In this document: positions 8,488 through 16,787 of the stretch, piece after piece | Position numbering within the stretch: position 1 is the stretch's first letter | Layout: each line of letters starts with the position of its first letter | Source of the DNA: Planctomycetota bacterium | GTDB lineage: Bacteria; Planctomycetota; SZUA-567; H5-PLA8 | NCBI GenBank assembly: GCA_045863855.1 | Contig: BTVV01000007.1 | Location: forward strand, 32,001 to 96,000 | Reading direction: 5' to 3' | Length of the DNA stretch: 64,000 nt | The notes under the pieces: model-generated | Seen by the model: only the letters and a program-made list of their open reading frames with translations | Database searches by the model: none | What the model was told of the DNA's origin: nothing | Made by a program: the position numbers and the translations under genes

Positions 8488-9894
8488 TTAACGCCCTCGA
8501 GCCAGGCGCTTCTTCCAAGCCGCGACTTCCTTCCGCACCAGCTTGGGATTGGGCGAGCCTTGCGAAACGTAGCTGTTCACCGCGCCGCGAGGGCCCAGCA
8601 CCGGCTTTACGGTGGCATCCAACAGCGGATGCACCGCCTGCATCTCCCGCACTGTAAGTTCGCTCAACGTTTTGCCCTGCGCGGCCACCGCCTTGACCAG
8701 CTGCCCTGCGGCGTGGTGCGCCTGCCGGAAGGGCAGGCCTTTGCGCACGAGGAATTCCGCCAGCACCGTGGCGTCCATGTAGCCCCCGACGCACGCCGCT
8801 TCCATCTTGGCGCGGTCGAAGCTCACGTTTTCGAGCATCCGGGCCAGCACCTGGAGGCTGGCCCGGAAATGCCGGGTCGCGTCGAAGAGGACTTCCTTGT
8901 CCTCCTGAAAGTCGCGGTTGTAGGTGAGCGGCGTGCCTTTCAGAAGCATCAGCAAATGGTTGAGCACGCCGACGGCGCGTCCGGCTTTGCCGCGGATCAG
9001 CTCGAAGAGATCGGGGTTGCGCTTCTGCGGCATAATGCTGCTGCCCGTGCACCAAGCGTCGTCGATCTTGAGCCAGCCGAACTCGGTGGTCGCATAGAGT
9101 ATGAAATCTTCGGCGAGGCGGCTGAGGTGAATGGCGCAGACGGACATCGCGTAAGCGAAATCGAGCAGGTAATCGCGGTCGGCGCTGGTGTCCATGCTGT
9201 TGCGCGTGACGCCTTCGAATCCCAGAAGCTTCGCCGTGTACGCTCGGTCGATGGGCAAACTGGTTCCGGCCAGCGCGCAGGCGCCTAAGGGCAGGACGTT
9301 GGCGCGGCGGCGCGCTTCGGCGCAGCGATCGGCGTCGCGCTCCAAGGCTTCGACGTGGGCGAGCAGGTAATGCCCGCAGGTGACGGGCTGCGCACGTTGG
9401 AGGTGCGTGTAGCCGGGCATCGGATCGCCTGCGTAGGTTTCTGCCAGCGCCAGCAGCGAGCGCTGCACCGCACGCAATTCGGCGCGGATCGCGTCGAGCT
9501 GTTCGCGGACCCAGAGGCGCTCGTCGAGCGCGATCTGGTCGTTGCGGCTGCGGGCGGTATGGAGCTTCCCCGCGGCGGCGCCGGCGCGGTCGGCGAGCGC
9601 CTTTTCGATGTTCATGTGCACGTCTTCGAATGCGGGATTCCAGGCGAAGCGCCCGGCCTCGATTTCGGCGCGGATGGCTTCGAGCCCCTTGCGGAGAGCG
9701 GCTTCTTCGGCCGTAGACAGCAGGCCCACCTTGAGCAGCATGCGGGCATGCGCAAGCGACCCGGCGAGATCGTGGCGCGCCAGTTCCCGGTCGAAGCTGA
9801 CCGATTGGGTAAACGCTTCGGTCAGCGGATCGGCGGGTTTGCTGAATACGCCGCTGCGCGCGGGGGAGCGTTCGCGTTTCGACACGCGTGCCAT
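8488..9894 (-). CDS. argH: Argininosuccinate lyase
   Basis: EDVHMNIE, LHTARSRNDQ, MPGYTHLQRAQP, GSSIMPQKRNPD. Confidence 0.97.
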   Translation of the reverse strand: MARVSKRERSPARSGVFSKPADPLTEAFTQSVSFDRELARHDLAGSLAHARMLLKVGLLSTAEEAALRKGLEAIRAEIEAGRFAWNPAFEDVHMNIEKALADRAGAAAGKLHTARSRNDQIALDERLWVREQLDAIRAELRAVQRSLLALAETYAGDPMPGYTHLQRAQPVTCGHYLLAHVEALERDADRCAEARRRANVLPLGACALAGTSLPIDRAYTAKLLGFEGVTRNSMDTSADRDYLLDFAYAMSVCAIHLSRLAEDFILYATTEFGWLKIDDAWCTGSSIMPQKRNPDLFELIRGKAGRAVGVLNHLLMLLKGTPLTYNRDFQEDKEVLFDATRHFRASLQVLARMLENVSFDRAKMEAACVGGYMDATVLAEFLVRKGLPFRQAHHAAGQLVKAVAAQGKTLSELTVREMQAVHPLLDATVKPVLGPRGAVNSYVSQGSPNPKLVRKEVAAWKKRLARGR

Positions 9895-9994
9895 CCGAGG
9901 TCTCCTGGGCAGGGGGCCACGTGACGCGGCGCCGAGGCATCGGCGAACGCTTCCAACCTTCGGATGGGCGGGCGCGACCCGCGGCGCTCGGTGC

Positions 9995-10075
9995 TTACCG
10001 CTTCTTGCGGCGGTTGCGCCGCTGACGGCGCTTTTTGCTGCCGATTTTTCGGCGGCGGCGAGGCTTGAAGGCCAT
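9995..10075 (-). CDS. Small highly basic protein (26 aa), possibly nucleic-acid or ribosome associated
   Basis: MAFKPRRRRKIGSKKRRQRRNRRKKR*; AAGGA RBS; upstream TTTACA-16-CATAAT promoter; fills the intergenic gap. Confidence 0.7.
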   Translation of the reverse strand: MAFKPRRRRKIGSKKRRQRRNRRKKR

Positions 10076-10132
10076 GGAACGTCCTTGCTCTTGGGCTCGC
10101 GAGCCTATCCGTGCTCGTCGTGAAGGCCACGT

Positions 10133-10160
10133 ATTATGCCTGTCCCGACCACGTTGTAAA
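10133..10160 (-). promoter_or_regulatory. sigma70-like promoter for the small basic ORF and argH
   Basis: Minus strand TTTACA (10160-10155), 16 nt, CATAAT (10138-10133). Confidence 0.45.
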
Positions 10161-10230
10161 GAACAGGTGCAAAATCAACAGCCTTTCGTTGAGGATTGGC
10201 CGAAACGCTCAAAAGAGGTATCTTACCCGT

Positions 10231-10563
10231 ATGGCCAGCAGCGTTTGCATCAACCACACCAGCCGCCCCGCCACTGCGCGCTGCATCACTTGCCACAAAC
10301 CCGTCTGCGAAGACTGCGTGGTGCGGCACGAAGGCAGTACTTTCTGCAGCGGCGCGTGCCGCGACAATTACTCGCATTTCCACGCACGCTACAAGGGCGA
10401 GCGTCCTCAAGGCTTCTTTGCCCAGCTGTTCGGAAGCGTAAAGAACCTTGTGATTACCCTGATCGGCTTCGGATTGCTGGGGCTGATCCTGGTTTACGCC
10501 GGGGCTAAAATCCTAAATCTGGGCTTCTGCCAGGATTTGCTCAAACGAATCGGCTTGTCGTAA
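10231..10563 (+). CDS. B-box-type zinc-finger protein with C-terminal membrane helix
   Basis: CINH..ATARCITCHKPVCEDC...FCSGAC, then a hydrophobic helix; GAGG RBS upstream. Confidence 0.75.
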   Translation: MASSVCINHTSRPATARCITCHKPVCEDCVVRHEGSTFCSGACRDNYSHFHARYKGERPQGFFAQLFGSVKNLVITLIGFGLLGLILVYAGAKILNLGFCQDLLKRIGLS

Positions 10564-10568
10564 CCGCC

Positions 10569-12584
10569 CTACTGCTCCGCGATGCGCCCGTCGCCCCACA
10601 GCTTCGCCTGATCCGGGTCGTCGGTGCGCGGGTACAGCAGCGGCATTTTCTCGCTGCCTATCTTGGTCCCGCGCATGTAGAGCAACTTGGCGCCGGTGGC
10701 GGGACAATGCAGGCGGCCTTCGGCATCCAGGCAGGCTTCGTCGGCGTTCATGAAGCCGCCGGCGACGAGGTCGGCAAGCTGCTTGGGGTTCTCGTTCCCG
10801 TTCTTCGCCGCGAAGGCGCGAAAGGCTTCGTAGTAGCGGTGGTACAGCTCCGCGCGCGAGCGCTTTTGTCCTTCCGGCGCGACGGCGGGCGGCTGAGCGA
10901 CGCCCGGAGTGGGCGCAACAGGGGCCGTCGTGGCCGTAGCGGTGGGCGCGGGGGCATCCGGAGCGCCGGCGGGCAGGGCGGGGAGCTTCAGCTTCGAATC
11001 GTCCCACCGTGCGCCGGCACGGGTCACTACCGTGGCCACCGCCCGCGCGACGTTCGCTTCCAGCGCCTTGCCGCGGGCCTGCGGCTCGAGTTCCTTGAGT
11101 CCATCTTCGGCCCACGTGATTAACCCCGCGCGGTTCACCTTTTCCAAGGTTCCGGAAACCTTGTCGTCCTGCAGCAGAGTCTGGGCGGCGAGCAGCCACG
11201 CGTACGCCGATTCGGGTTCGCGCCCATCGCGGCGGAGCAGTTCGCCGACCAAGTAAGCGTTCCGGCCCAGATCCTTGAGCGACTCTTCGTCCTTGCCGAA
11301 ATAGAGCGCCTGCATCAGATAGTCGGCGGCGCGGTACAAATGTACGCGCTCGCGAGTAAGCGCGGCTTCGCGGTCGTCGGCGATCCGGCGCAGCAGGTCC
11401 AGTTCGAGCAGCATCTGTTGTTTGACCTCGTCGGGACCGTCGCCAATGAAACCGGAGGGGATCACCTTGCGCGCTTCGCCCAGCGCCTTGGCGGCGGCCG
11501 AAAGATAGCCTTGCCGCGCCAGGAAACCCGAATGCCGAACGTACAGCACGAACATGTCGGCGACATTGAAGCGCGCCACGTCCCCGGCGGCCGGCGGGCC
11601 CTGTTTCTCGGCCTCCTGCACCACGCGCTCGCCCTTTTCGATCACGCGCGCGGCGGCCTGCGCGAGGATATCCGGATCGCGCTCGGTGGTCTCGACGAGG
11701 TCTTCGCGGCGCTGGCGGCGGACTTCCATCGCCTCGGCGAGAATGAACATATTCATGCGCCGGATGGCCTGCCCCAGCGTGATCAGACTCTGAGGATTCA
11801 GCCCCGGCACGCCCAGTTCGCTGCACAGATAGCGCCGGTTGGCGTGCGCGGCTTCCAGGTGAATCTTGCCCAGGAAGTAGTGCGGCAGCTTCTTCTCGCC
11901 GCGCTCCAGAATCTTCAACGCGTTCTCGTACTTGATCCAATCGGGAATCTCGGTGGATTTCAGGAAGTCGTTGAACTGCAGCATCCGCGCCGGAACTTCG
12001 GTGCCCGGTTTGGGCGTCAGGCCCATCAGCTCGATCATCTTCCTGCGCGTCGAACCGGTCAGTTCCTGCTGCACGAAGGTGATCGTTTCGGGGCTCAACG
12101 GGCTGCCGTCGAACTCCCGCCCAAACCACTGCGCCGGAGCGGCGTACCCGCTTTCCGGGCACATCCAGATGCTCGTATGAACCGCCACGCGGCCGACGCT
12201 GTGCCGGCAGAAATCCCGGTCGAAGCCATCCTTGTGGTTCACATTGCCTTGCTTGGCCGCGGCAAACGGGCGCCCCGCCAGCGGACTGGGCACCGTGGCC
12301 CATTCGATGTGCTGAACGTCCTTGTCCACCGGCTCGCAGGTGAAGTCCGCGTCGCTGTGGAGGTACAGCGCCTTGCCGCAGATCTGGCAGCGCGCGGCTT
12401 TTTCGGCATCCACCTGCATCGGGACGCCCTTCTGGCCGCGCCGCAATAGCTCGCCCATGGGCGTCTCTTCTTCGCCGGCTCCCGTCGGATTAGGGTTCGT
12501 CGGCTGCGGCGGCAGGATCGTTCCCGCTTGCACCGCGCCCGCCAGCCCGCACCACAACAGCACCAGAACCGCAACCCGCCGCAT
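10569..12584 (-). CDS. Secreted DUF2225-like protein with helical (TPR-like) region
   Basis: AAGGAG RBS, signal peptide MRRVAVLVLLWCGLAGAVQA; DRDFCRHS..IWMCPESGYAA and YLVGELLRRDG resemble DUF2225. Confidence 0.6.
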   Translation of the reverse strand: MRRVAVLVLLWCGLAGAVQAGTILPPQPTNPNPTGAGEEETPMGELLRRGQKGVPMQVDAEKAARCQICGKALYLHSDADFTCEPVDKDVQHIEWATVPSPLAGRPFAAAKQGNVNHKDGFDRDFCRHSVGRVAVHTSIWMCPESGYAAPAQWFGREFDGSPLSPETITFVQQELTGSTRRKMIELMGLTPKPGTEVPARMLQFNDFLKSTEIPDWIKYENALKILERGEKKLPHYFLGKIHLEAAHANRRYLCSELGVPGLNPQSLITLGQAIRRMNMFILAEAMEVRRQRREDLVETTERDPDILAQAAARVIEKGERVVQEAEKQGPPAAGDVARFNVADMFVLYVRHSGFLARQGYLSAAAKALGEARKVIPSGFIGDGPDEVKQQMLLELDLLRRIADDREAALTRERVHLYRAADYLMQALYFGKDEESLKDLGRNAYLVGELLRRDGREPESAYAWLLAAQTLLQDDKVSGTLEKVNRAGLITWAEDGLKELEPQARGKALEANVARAVATVVTRAGARWDDSKLKLPALPAGAPDAPAPTATATTAPVAPTPGVAQPPAVAPEGQKRSRAELYHRYYEAFRAFAAKNGNENPKQLADLVAGGFMNADEACLDAEGRLHCPATGAKLLYMRGTKIGSEKMPLLYPRTDDPDQAKLWGDGRIAEQ

Positions 12585-12720
12585 CGCACCGCTCCTTGGA
12601 ATCGCCGCATTCGCCCCGGCAAGCATAATCGGGGTATTGTAGGGAATGTCCCCGTTCCCGGCAACCGTCGGCATTTCCGGCTCCTTGCCCCGTCTGCGCT
12701 TGAGGTTACGATGGTCGGTC

Positions 12721-13677
12721 ATGGGTGAGTTGGCCCTTATCCGGCGCATTCGCGAAGCCCCGACCGGGCATCCTTGGCTCAAAGTCGGCCCCGGCAGCGA
12801 CTGCGCCGTCGTGACGTGGCCGGCTGGCCATGAGCTGGCTTACAAAATCGATCAGGTCGTCGAAGGCACTCATTTCGTCTTAGACGGTCCAGAAGCCGCT
12901 ACGCCCCGGCAAATCGGGTGGAAAGCGCTTGCGAAGGCGGCCAGCGATATCGCCGCCGCGGGCTGCCGGCCGGTGGCCGCCTTGGTCGCCATCAACTTGC
13001 GCCAAGGGCTGGACGATACTTTTGCGTTGGAACTGCACGCCGGGGTCAAGGCGTGTGCCGAACGCCTGTGCTTCGCGCTGGCGGGAGGCGACATCACCTC
13101 AAGCGAAAGGACGCTCACGGTCTGCGTAAGCTTGATCGGCGCCGCGCCGGCCGGGCAACCGGCTTGGCTGAGGCAGGGCGCCCGAGCAGGCGACGTGTTG
13201 CTGGTGACGGGCGAACTGGGCGGCAGCCGCGGCGGGAAGCATTTGGACTTCATGCCCCGCGTCGAGGAAGCGGCGCAATTGCGAAACCTGGCCGGAGCGG
13301 GCATCCGGGCCTGCATCGACATCACCGACGGTCTGGCCCGCGATGCCGGCCATCTATGCGAAGAGAGCGGCGTGGGGATCGAGTTGGACGAAGCGGCGCT
13401 TCCGATTGCGCCGGCGGCCCTGGCCGCGGCCCGGCGCGACGGGCGTACGCCATTGGAGCATGTACTTGGCGACGGCGAGGACTTCGAGCTGCTGCTGGCC
13501 ATGGATCCAACCGTGGCCGAGGCACTGTTGAAGAACTGGGCGCACCCCACGAAGTTGACGCGGATTGGGCGCGTCTTGCCGGTGGTGGCCGGACGCACGC
13601 TGAAACGACCGGACGGGTGTAGCGAAATGCTGCCGGATGTGGGTTACGAGCACGGGGCCGCGGAGGGCCCAAAATGA
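12721..13677 (+). CDS. thiL: Thiamine-monophosphate kinase
   Basis: MGELALIRRI, GPGSDCAV, EGTHF, SDIAAAG, GGDIT, IDITDGL, GEDFELL. Confidence 0.93.
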   Translation: MGELALIRRIREAPTGHPWLKVGPGSDCAVVTWPAGHELAYKIDQVVEGTHFVLDGPEAATPRQIGWKALAKAASDIAAAGCRPVAALVAINLRQGLDDTFALELHAGVKACAERLCFALAGGDITSSERTLTVCVSLIGAAPAGQPAWLRQGARAGDVLLVTGELGGSRGGKHLDFMPRVEEAAQLRNLAGAGIRACIDITDGLARDAGHLCEESGVGIELDEAALPIAPAALAAARRDGRTPLEHVLGDGEDFELLLAMDPTVAEALLKNWAHPTKLTRIGRVLPVVAGRTLKRPDGCSEMLPDVGYEHGAAEGPK

Positions 13678-14681
13678 GTCCAGAACTGCTTGTCCTGGCC
13701 CAACTGACGATTCCTCCGGACCCGATTTGGTTCAGTCTGGGATCTGTGAATTTTTATTACTACGGCCTTTGCTATGCCATTGGCTTCGCGGTAGTGGCGG
13801 CGCATTTATACCGGAACAGTCAAGAATTGGGAATCAACCTAGAAGGTACTTACGAAGCGGCACTGTGTTTTGCATTTGGAAGTTTGGCTGGCGGACGATG
13901 TTTCGAGATATTCGTTTACGAATGGGCACTCTATCGTGATGAATGGTGGGAAGTTTTGCACTTCTGGAACGGCGGGATGGCCAGTCATGGCGTGATGTTA
14001 GGCGCGGTGGCGGGGATATTCGCCTTCGCCAAGTGGCGTCGGCGGCCTTTTCTGCTGCTCGTCGATACTCTGGTGCTACCCGGTGCCTTAATGATGGCTT
14101 TGGGACGACTAGGAAATTTCATTAATGGGGAGATCTATGGACCGCACACTGAGGCTTGGTGGGGCGTAGCAGTTCCTTACGCGGAAGGCCTCCGGCATCC
14201 CGTCCCCCTTTACGATGCACTCAAGAATCTAGGCGTAGCAGTTATCCTCCTTGTGCTCAGCCGGCGGCATCGCTGCGGTGAAGGCAGACTTTTCGCACAT
14301 TTCTTGGTCTGGTACGGCGGCCTACGGCTGATCGTGGACCTATACCGTGAATACGGTTCCGAATTTTGGGGTATCGGAAGAGGTCAGTTCGCAAACGCCG
14401 GCATGGCCTTGGTTGGATTGTTTGCCTTGGCTTGGTTGAACCGGCGAGTACAGCCATGCCAAGAGCCTGCAGCGATAGCAGGCCCTGAAGTACCGGCTGA
14501 GTCGAAGGTATCGGCTTTGTGGTTCAAACGTACGGCTTTTGCGGCGATGCTGGTCGCGTGCTTGGCCATTCCTAGCGGTTGGTCCGAAGGCTGGCTGGAA
14601 GGCCTCGCACAAACGCAACGTGCGGCCCTTTCGCAAGCGACTCGGCTCTCGGCAACTTGCGCGGGGAGTCCGACGCCGTGA
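13674..14681 (+). CDS. lgt: Prolipoprotein diacylglyceryl transferase
   Basis: YYYGLCY, WNGGMASHG, GRLGNFINGEIYG, RHPVPLYD; multiple TM helices. Confidence 0.9.
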   Translation: MSPELLVLAQLTIPPDPIWFSLGSVNFYYYGLCYAIGFAVVAAHLYRNSQELGINLEGTYEAALCFAFGSLAGGRCFEIFVYEWALYRDEWWEVLHFWNGGMASHGVMLGAVAGIFAFAKWRRRPFLLLVDTLVLPGALMMALGRLGNFINGEIYGPHTEAWWGVAVPYAEGLRHPVPLYDALKNLGVAVILLVLSRRHRCGEGRLFAHFLVWYGGLRLIVDLYREYGSEFWGIGRGQFANAGMALVGLFALAWLNRRVQPCQEPAAIAGPEVPAESKVSALWFKRTAFAAMLVACLAIPSGWSEGWLEGLAQTQRAALSQATRLSATCAGSPTP

Positions 14682-15259
14682 ATGGAACCTGGAAAGCCGG
14701 ATTTGTGGTCGAAACCCACGGCGCCGAGGAGACCGAGGCGCTGGGCCGTTGCTGCGGTGCGCTACGGCCGTGGGGCTTTGTACTGGCGTTACGCGGCGAT
14801 CTGGGGGCGGGGAAGACGGTCTTCGTGCGCGGCCTGGCGGCCGGACTGCTGGAGGGTGACGAGATCGAGGTCACCAGTCCCACGTACGTCTTGCAGCATG
14901 TGTACCGCGGTCAGGAGGCGACGCTGTACCATATCGATGCGTACCGCATGAGCGGCGGGGCGGAGGAGTTCGAAGGCGCGGGCTTGCGAGATTGCCTTAA
15001 CGACCGGCGCGGGGTGGTTTGCCTGGAATGGCCTGAGCGTGTCGAAGAGGTGCTGCCGGCCGACCGCTTGGAGGTAGAACTGGAACACGCGGGCGGCGAT
15101 ACGCGTACGGTGCATGTGCTGGCCACGGGGGTGCTTTCCGGCGCGCTGGCCGATGCCTTGGCACAACGCGTGGGAAGCCGCTTCAAACTGGAGAATTTTC
15201 TGGGGCGCCCGGGGCCGGCCGTTCCGCCAGCGGAGGCCGCTCCGCCGTCGCTGTCATAA
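14678..15259 (+). CDS. tsaE: tRNA threonylcarbamoyladenosine biosynthesis ATPase
   Basis: LRGDLGAGKT, VTSPTYVL, LYHIDAYR, EWPER; GTG start overlaps lgt stop. Confidence 0.93.
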   Translation: MNGTWKAGFVVETHGAEETEALGRCCGALRPWGFVLALRGDLGAGKTVFVRGLAAGLLEGDEIEVTSPTYVLQHVYRGQEATLYHIDAYRMSGGAEEFEGAGLRDCLNDRRGVVCLEWPERVEEVLPADRLEVELEHAGGDTRTVHVLATGVLSGALADALAQRVGSRFKLENFLGRPGPAVPPAEAAPPSLS

Positions 15260-15372
15260 CCGGATGCCCGCGCTTGCCAGGGGAACGCGCGGGGCGATAA
15301 GTAAGCGTGCAAACAAGGGGTGAGTCGGCTGCCGCGGCCTCGCTGCGCGGCGCGAACCGGGAGGATCTGGGC

Positions 15373-16782
15373 ATGGCTAAGAAAGCAACGCCGCGAGGCG
15401 AAGCACGCAACAACGGGCAGGGTTCGGCGGTCGCGGAGAAGCCCGCGAACGCTCCAGCCGAAGCCGACGCGTTGCGACGTCCACGCTTCAAGGAAACGCC
15501 GCCACCGCCACCGCCCGGTACGCGGATCATGCCCGCGCCGCGGCACGACATGTGGGAGCAATCGGTCCGCCAGTTGGAGGAAACCGGAAAGCGCATCGAT
15601 CTCGACGCGGGCTCCCTGGCGATGCTTAAGCACTGCAAACGCACGCTGGAAGTTTCCGTACCGGTGCGCATGGACGACGGGCACATCGAGGTCTTCCAGG
15701 GCTATCGCGTGCATCACAACCAGTACCGCGGTCCGGCAAAGGGCGGCTTGCGCTACCATCCGGAAGTCAGCATGGAGGAGGTGAAAGCGCTGGCCATGCT
15801 GATGACCTGGAAATGCGCACTGATGAACATTCCGTACGGCGGCGCGAAGGGCGGGGTGGTCTGCGAGCCGCGCAAGATGTCCGAGCGCGAACTGGAATCG
15901 ATGACGCGTCGCTTCACGTCCGAGATCATGCTGATCATCGGCCCGGACAAGGACATTCCCGCGCCGGACATGGGCACCAACGCGCAAGTCATGGCCTGGA
16001 TGTACGACACGTACAACATGACCACGGGTCACGCGGTGCCTCAGATCGTGACGGGCAAGCCAGTTTCGCTCGGCGGTTCGCTGGGACGCATCGAGGCAAC
16101 GGGGCGCGGCGTGAGTTATGTGGTCGCCGCGGTGGCGCAGGAAAAGGGCATGAATCTGAAAGGCCTGCGCGTGGCAGTCCAAGGCGCGGGTAACGTGGGC
16201 TCCAACGCCGCTAAGGCACTGCACGAAATGGGCGCCAAGATCGTCGCCATCAGCGACGTCAACGGCGGCATTTACGCCTCCGAAGGAATCGATCCGTTCC
16301 GCATCTTCGCGCAGTTGGGCCCTAAAGACAACGTCCAGGGTTATCCTGGCACTCAGAACATCACGAACGACGAGGTGCTGACGACCGAGTGCGACATCCT
16401 GATCCCCGCGGCGGTCGGCGGCGTGATCACCGATGCGAACGCCCAAGAGGTGAAAGCCAAGGTCGTCGTCGAAGCTGCGAACGGTCCGACCACCAACGAG
16501 GCCGACGAGATCCTGAAATCCCGCAATATCACCGTGGTGCCGGACATCCTGGCCAATGCCGGCGGCGTGACGGTGAGTTACTTCGAATGGGTGCAGGGGA
16601 TCCAGTATTACTTCTGGGAGCTGGACGAAATCAATACACGCCTGCACAAGGTCATGACCAAAGCCTTCAACGCAACGTGGGCGCTCTCGCGGCGCGAACG
16701 CGTCCCGATGCGCACGGCGGCGATGATGATTGCCGTCAGCCGCGTGGCCGAAGCGCAAAAGAGCTTGGGCTTGTTTCCTTAA
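15373..16782 (+). CDS. gdhA: Glu/Leu/Phe/Val family dehydrogenase (glutamate dehydrogenase)
   Basis: GPAKGGLRYHP, GGAKGG, DIPAPDMGT, GRIEATGRG, VQGAGNVG, EAANGP, NAGGVTVSYFEW. Confidence 0.93.
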   Translation: MAKKATPRGEARNNGQGSAVAEKPANAPAEADALRRPRFKETPPPPPPGTRIMPAPRHDMWEQSVRQLEETGKRIDLDAGSLAMLKHCKRTLEVSVPVRMDDGHIEVFQGYRVHHNQYRGPAKGGLRYHPEVSMEEVKALAMLMTWKCALMNIPYGGAKGGVVCEPRKMSERELESMTRRFTSEIMLIIGPDKDIPAPDMGTNAQVMAWMYDTYNMTTGHAVPQIVTGKPVSLGGSLGRIEATGRGVSYVVAAVAQEKGMNLKGLRVAVQGAGNVGSNAAKALHEMGAKIVAISDVNGGIYASEGIDPFRIFAQLGPKDNVQGYPGTQNITNDEVLTTECDILIPAAVGGVITDANAQEVKAKVVVEAANGPTTNEADEILKSRNITVVPDILANAGGVTVSYFEWVQGIQYYFWELDEINTRLHKVMTKAFNATWALSRRERVPMRTAAMMIAVSRVAEAQKSLGLFP

Positions 16783-16787
16783 GCGCG

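Noticed and set aside
10231..10563. CITCH as a heme c motif
   Set aside because: Part of a Cys/His-rich B-box pattern in a domain with no export signal
12600..12720. TPP riboswitch upstream of thiL
   Set aside because: No CTGAGA or other TPP aptamer core visible; short divergent promoter region
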